In this document: positions 59,552-64,000 of the stretch, in pieces | How positions within the stretch are numbered: position 1 is the stretch's first letter | Layout: each line of letters starts with the position of its first letter | Assembly (NCBI GenBank): GCA_963718565.1 | Contig: OY970364.1 | Span: 384,001 to 448,000, forward strand | DNA length: 64,000 nt | Direction of reading: 5' to 3' | Origin: an uncultured Verrucomicrobiae bacterium | Lineage (GTDB): Bacteria; Chlamydiota; Chlamydiia; Chlamydiales; Rhabdochlamydiaceae | Notes under the pieces: generated by a model | Databases searched by the model: none | What the model was told of the DNA's origin: nothing | What the model saw: only the letters and a program-made list of their open reading frames with translations | Program-made: the position numbers and the translations under genes

Positions 59552-59881
59552 TTGCGACGTTTTTTATTTCCAAGCTTACTGGTTATCCTTTTTTCGACCA
59601 CAAATTGTTCCAAAATCGATGATATGAACGACACTCTGAAAAATGCGAGTGTGGTGATCGAAAATAATACTCAAAGAATGGAACAATCAGGAGAGCTTAT
59701 TGAGGACAATACTCGGAAAATGAAAGAGACGGGGTTTCTTATAGCAGCAAACACTCGTGCGATCAAAGATTATACTAACCCAATGCGTCTCATATTCCCT
59801 GTTTTTTGGGCGAGCATCCTTCTTTTCAATTACTATTTTTTTCGCAAAATCATCCAATCTCTTAAAACCCCTACGCAATAG
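59552..59881 (+). CDS. small putative lipoprotein/membrane protein
   Basis: Signal-like N-terminus with Cys, ENNT/EDNT/AANT repeats and a C-terminal hydrophobic stretch. Confidence 0.55.
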   Translation: MRRFLFPSLLVILFSTTNCSKIDDMNDTLKNASVVIENNTQRMEQSGELIEDNTRKMKETGFLIAANTRAIKDYTNPMRLIFPVFWASILLFNYYFFRKIIQSLKTPTQ

Positions 59882-59963
59882 AGGGAATTGCAAAACTAAC
59901 GCGAAGCTGATTAGCTAAAAATTTGTTCATGAGCGTTATCAAACAGCCTCTCCGGCCACACCT

Positions 59964-60425
59964 CCCGAGTTTGACACCTGATTTTTATAACAGCTCTAAA
60001 ATCAACATGTTACAAAAAATAAAATCCCGTGTACCACTACATTTGTGTGCAATCGATGCGTTTTTCTTCAGGCATGCCTCTCTGCACACTTCAGCAATTT
60101 TGGAGGGATTGGAGCCCCAATTGCTTTAAACAGCTGCGCAGCATTTCCCTTGATATCGTTACGTACCCAGACGCGAGTATTTTTTACTGTCACCGGAATT
60201 GCCCGAACTTCCGCCAACTCTCTCATTGCCTCAACTACAGCTCTGTCCTTTTCTATTGGTAGTGGTTCTGATAAACATGACATATTGCATACCATGTACA
60301 TTTCATTTTTTGCAAATTTTCATTTGAAAATTTGCAACCATGTGTACACTACGTTTTTCGCTTTTTTGAGATGTCTCTCATAGACAAAATAGTCTCAAAA
60401 ATAGCCTTCAGGTGTCAAACTCGGG
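59964..60425 (-). mobile_element. internally deleted IS1634-like element
   Basis: TIR CCCGAGTTTGACACCTGA; minus strand MFIRTTT start joined to ...RELAEVRAIPV...LFKAIGAPIPPK tail. Confidence 0.75.
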
Positions 60426-60574
60426 AAATCAACACCAAACACGGATATTACACATCGGAGGCGATATCTGAAAGAAAAGCTGCTAGAGTGTTAATTAAAG
60501 CGATGAGATCAAATATTTGAGCCTCTGTTTCATTTAATTCACTCACAAATAGGCATTTGCGCTTATCAATTCGT

Positions 60575-60620
60575 TTTACTTATTTAAGTATTTGAGTAAA
60601 TAAGTAAACCATGATACAAT
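60575..60620 (+). promoter_or_regulatory. TA promoter with overlapping operator palindrome
   Basis: TTGAGT-17 bp-TACAAT; inverted repeat TTTACTTATTTA-N10-TAAATAAGTAAA. Confidence 0.65.
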
Positions 60621-60641
60621 CCATGTAAAAGGGGGTAAATT

Positions 60642-60899
60642 ATGACTGAAAAGAGCACAGCCAAAAGAACCACAAGGATGTCCATCGACGTTCCATTAAA
60701 AGATCATACACGAATTAAAGTTTTAGCTTCTGCTGAAGGCATTTCCGTAAAAGAATTCGTGATTGGGTGCATTAATGAAAGAATCCATCCAGAGAAAAAA
60801 CCAAATGCCAAAACACGCAAGGCCATGGAAGAGGCCAGAAAAGGTAAGACAATTAAAGCTAAGGACATCTCAGAACTTTACAAGCAACTTGGGATTTAG
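60642..60899 (+). CDS. antitoxin (RHH, RelB/DinJ-like tail)
   Basis: RMSIDVP N-terminus and PNAKTRKAMEEA tail; 1-nt overlap with the toxin gene. Confidence 0.8.
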   Translation: MTEKSTAKRTTRMSIDVPLKDHTRIKVLASAEGISVKEFVIGCINERIHPEKKPNAKTRKAMEEARKGKTIKAKDISELYKQLGI

Positions 60900-61165
60900 T
60901 GTTAAAGCTTGAATTCACCACTCAGTTTAAAAGAGACCTCAAGCTGGCGAAGAAAAGAAGAAAGGACACAAAGAAACTCGACGATATCGTGGAGACCCTT
61001 TTAAAGGAAAAGCCGCTTGAGCCAAAGCACAAAGACCATTCCCTTTCTGGTGACTATCAAGATCATAGAGACTGTCACATAGAGCCAGATTGGTTATTGA
61101 TCTACCTTAAAACGAAGACAACGATAATCCTCGTCCGCACAGGAACCCATTCAGACTTGTTCTAA
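60899..61165 (+). CDS. yafQ: YafQ-family mRNA interferase toxin
   Basis: FKRDLK, KDHSLSG, RDCHIEPDWLLIY and RTGTHSDLF motifs. Confidence 0.93.
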   Translation: MLKLEFTTQFKRDLKLAKKRRKDTKKLDDIVETLLKEKPLEPKHKDHSLSGDYQDHRDCHIEPDWLLIYLKTKTTIILVRTGTHSDLF

Positions 61166-61228
61166 AATGCGAAATCGATTCTAATGCCATTTAAATCGCT
61201 CAAGATCGATTTTTGACTCAAAGCTATG

Positions 61229-61715
61229 TTAATCCACACCAACCGAGTGGCGATCGTTGAAACTAGAGCCATCTAAAGCGTTAATTTCTTGTGTTGTGTC
61301 TTTGTCTTGAACAATCTCTTTGATTAAAGACATTGATTCTGCTTCTAGGCGTATAAAAATATTCGGAGCAAGACTTGGTTTTCTCTTTATACCCAAACAA
61401 CTTGAAAAATTGGTTTTTGACTGCGTCGGCAGCCATTGCCTTTGAGCCCGCGTCCATCGCACAACTTATTCAAGTTGTGCTGCTTCCGCGCCGGCTTCGC
61501 CTGCCTCAAATGCAGGGCGCCTTCTTGCCAAATTCCCAGTTTTTCAAGTTGTTTGGGTATAGTAGTTTTTTCAAATGTGAATTAATGGCGTCGACGGAAG
61601 TAGTATCGTCGTCTTTTTGTTTGCGGCGATCTTTTTCATCTAGTGGAAATACTTCCTGAACGAGCTTGATAATGTTTTCAGGTTGATCATCGTGGTGATT
61701 TTTGATGATCTCAAT
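61229..61715 (-). pseudogene. 3' gene fragment split by an ERIC-like element
   Basis: Removing 61388-61561 and keeping one TA restores the frame ...SHLKKLLKRKPSLAPNIFIRLE...VGVD*. Confidence 0.6.
61388..61561. mobile_element. ERIC-like MITE (family E)
   Basis: TIR TATACCCAAACAACTTGAAAAA / TTTTTCAAGTTGTTTGGGTATA. Confidence 0.85.
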
Positions 61716-61759
61716 TTTTTTCGCAAAATCATCCAATCTCTTAAAACCCCTACGCAATA

Positions 61760-62044
61760 GAGGGAATTGCAAAACTAACGCGAAGCTGATTAGCTAAAAA
61801 TTTGTTCATGAGCGTTATCAAACAGCCTCTCCGGCCACACCTTGACTGGTAGCACGTACATTAACTTCCTTGAAGACTCTGGCAAAAGTTGAAGACCATT
61901 TCGATCCGTGCCCAATCAAGATCGATAAGTGATAAGTTTGGCATGGATCAAAATGGTCTTCAACTTTTGCCATGAGTTTTTAAGGACGTACTAAATAATT
62001 TCCCCCAGAAAATCACCCCGTTTTGTTAGTTTTGCAATTCCCTC
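61760..62044. mobile_element. family A-type element containing a partial MITE B (about 61880-61991)
   Basis: TIR GAGGGAATTGCAAAACTAAC; TSD AATA/AATA; right part is the reverse complement of the 55162 IS left end. Confidence 0.8.
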
Positions 62045-62143
62045 AATAAACACATTTCTGTTTGATTAAATAAAAGACATTCTGCAAAATCAGCTGATGT
62101 GGATTTTCACTGCAAATTCCAAATGCATATACGAGGAAATATC

Positions 62144-63223
62144 ATGAAAAAGCAATTCTATCTTTTTGGTTCCCTATTTTTGATGTCTGCAAGTCTGTTG
62201 AGCGCTCAGCAACAGCCAAACCGAAATGCGCCTTCACAACCAGAAACAGTGACTACGCAACCTAAAGCGATGATCACTCCTGCTGTCGCTCCAAAAGTGC
62301 GCAATGGCGCAGGACTCATCTTTGCTGCCGATTTTATCTGGTGGAAGGCCAATATTAGCGGGATGGAGTATGCCACTAGCGGGGTTGTCGATTTGGGCAA
62401 CGTTTTCGTCCCTTTTGGAAAAAGCACTAAAAAAGGGCACGTCAATCAGCCGAACTTTGATTTCGAACCAGGATTCAAGGTCGGAGCGGGACTGGACTTT
62501 GCCTATGATGGGTGGGACCTTTATGCTAACTACACATGGTTAAATGGAGACACCGAGCGCAATTCGATATCTGCGCATCGTGGAAGAGGTGTAACAGGCC
62601 TCCTTCCAATTGTTGATGTTTTTGGAGTCATTTTGCCTTTTAATAGTTTGAATAAAGCGCAATCCCAATGGCGTCAACATTTCAATGTTGTCGATCTTGA
62701 ATTAGGTCGTAACTTTTTTATTAGCCGTCGCTTGACTTTAAGACCTCATTTTGGTTTGAAAAGCGCCTGGATTACTGAAAAATGGAAGCTTAAGTATGTA
62801 GACAGCGATGTAGTTCATGATAATTTGCGAAAAAAACAGACGTTGTGGGGAATGGGAACACGTGCAGGTTTGAATACAGTGTGGCACTTTTCCAGAAATT
62901 GGGGACTTTATGGAGATATTGCCGCCACAGCATTGTGGAGTGATTTTCACGTCAAAGCTAAAGATAAGGAAGTCGTTGAGGAGTTGGGAATCTCTCCAAT
63001 AACTTTACATACAAAAGAAGTTATCACCGAAGTGATTCCTGTATTCGAGACGGGGTTGGGATTAACCTACATGGCCTGGTTTGATCATGAGCAATATGTG
63101 TTGCAAATTTCTGCAGGTTGGGAAGAGCAAATTTGGCTCGATTTCAATCACTTTACTGATTTCAACAGAGCAGGCAATTTGTCCGTGCATGGCCTGACAG
63201 TAAAAGTCGGTTTTGCTTTTTAA
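62144..63223 (+). CDS. MOMP-like outer membrane beta-barrel porin (Lpg1974-like)
   Basis: Signal peptide; FEPGFKVGAG, LELGRNFF and AGWEEQIW; C-terminal Phe. Confidence 0.8.
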   Translation: MKKQFYLFGSLFLMSASLLSAQQQPNRNAPSQPETVTTQPKAMITPAVAPKVRNGAGLIFAADFIWWKANISGMEYATSGVVDLGNVFVPFGKSTKKGHVNQPNFDFEPGFKVGAGLDFAYDGWDLYANYTWLNGDTERNSISAHRGRGVTGLLPIVDVFGVILPFNSLNKAQSQWRQHFNVVDLELGRNFFISRRLTLRPHFGLKSAWITEKWKLKYVDSDVVHDNLRKKQTLWGMGTRAGLNTVWHFSRNWGLYGDIAATALWSDFHVKAKDKEVVEELGISPITLHTKEVITEVIPVFETGLGLTYMAWFDHEQYVLQISAGWEEQIWLDFNHFTDFNRAGNLSVHGLTVKVGFAF

Positions 63224-63317
63224 TCTGCTCTAAGGATAGATCATCGTTGACTATTGAAAAACTCTTCTTTGAAAAGAGTTTTCCAAATCTTTTTGCAAGA
63301 AAAGAGTGAACGGGATA

Positions 63318-63418
63318 TATACCGAAATGAACTCAAGATTTGGTTTTTGGCTACGTCGGGCAGCCGCTGTGTTTGATCCCGCCTGCATCGCACGACTTAT
63401 TCAAGTTGTTTGGGTATA
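63318..63418. mobile_element. ERIC-like MITE (family E, short)
   Basis: TATACCG...TTCAAGTTGTTTGGGTATA; internal match to the 61388 copy. Confidence 0.75.
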
Positions 63419-63466
63419 TATCTGTTCTTTCGGGTGTCGAAGACCTTTTCTTTTTTGCGAGATGCT

Positions 63467-64000
63467 ATGAGCCAAGAAAAACAGCCGCGTGGTCTTTATT
63501 TGCTGTTCCTCACTGAATTGTGGGAGCGCTTTGGCTTCTATACTTTGCAAACCATTATCATTCTTTACATGACCAAAGCCCTTCTGATGACGGATGATAA
63601 AGCCTATTTGCTGTACGGGACTTTCAGTTCGATGCTTTATTTGACTCCTGTCATAGGAGGGTATCTTGCGGACCGATATTTAGGATCGCAAAAGTCGATT
63701 ATCATTGGCGGAATTTTATTTACAATCGGATACCTACTAACAGCCTTTCCTTCAACTGACTGGTTTTTCGTCGGGCTCAGTGTGATCATCGTTGCCAATG
63801 GTTTATTTAAGCCTAATGTCTCCGCCATCGTTGGAGATCTCTACCGCCCAAGCGATCCTAGACGCGATGGGGGATTCACCTTGTTTTACATGGGAATCAA
63901 TATCGGCTCATTGATTCCACCTCTCATTACTGGTTATCTGATCAGCAAATATGGCTGGCACAGCGGATTCTTGCTCGCAGCTTTTGGCATGGCAATTGGA
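63467..64000 (+). CDS. POT/PTR-family peptide:H+ symporter (partial, runs off the window)
   Basis: MSQEKQPRGLYLLFLTELWERFGFY, GGYLADRYLG, GLFKPN and FYMGINIG motifs. Confidence 0.92.
   Translation, partial: MSQEKQPRGLYLLFLTELWERFGFYTLQTIIILYMTKALLMTDDKAYLLYGTFSSMLYLTPVIGGYLADRYLGSQKSIIIGGILFTIGYLLTAFPSTDWFFVGLSVIIVANGLFKPNVSAIVGDLYRPSDPRRDGGFTLFYMGINIGSLIPPLITGYLISKYGWHSGFLLAAFGMAIG

Larger units (their letters stand above)
59836..61843 (+). repeat. about 128-bp direct repeats (about 59836-59963 and 61715-61843)
   Basis: TTTTTTCGCAAAATC...GAGGGAATTGCAAAACTAAC...GGCCACACCT occurs twice. Confidence 0.88.

Noticed and set aside
2097..63828. Numerous 60-190 aa antisense or overlapping ORFs in the ORF track
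   Set aside because: They are shadows of well-supported genes and have no recognisable motifs

Overview
This is a chromosomal window from an environmental Chlamydiae (Chlamydiota) genome. The assignment rests on the gene order htrB...ybbR-dacA...cydAB, the nusB-murB and infC-rpmI-rplT-pheS blocks, the chlamydial-type tgt-yhhQ pair and a MOMP-like porin. The housekeeping backbone is interleaved with AT-rich, duplicated candidate effector families: F-box/WD40, F-box/ankyrin/CBM20-like, a triplicated helical protein and three 42-aa-repeat proteins. It also carries ISAs1 and IS1634 elements, two toxin-antitoxin pairs and several MITE families with readable target-site duplications (TSDs), some nested. 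Highlights: (1) an intact but catalytically degenerate ThrRS paralogue in the thrS position before infC; (2) a candidate Met-rich leader-peptide attenuator upstream of a homocysteine S-methyltransferase; (3) a size series of one IS family, from a transposase remnant down to 19-21 bp palindromes that still carry 4-bp TSDs; (4) a cyoABCD operon with 12 frameshifts, all +1, and no nonsense codons in the reconstructed frame; (5) a DUF4365-like nuclease two-gene cassette that is a defence candidate; (6) ERIC-like elements. All calls were made by eye, without database searches.
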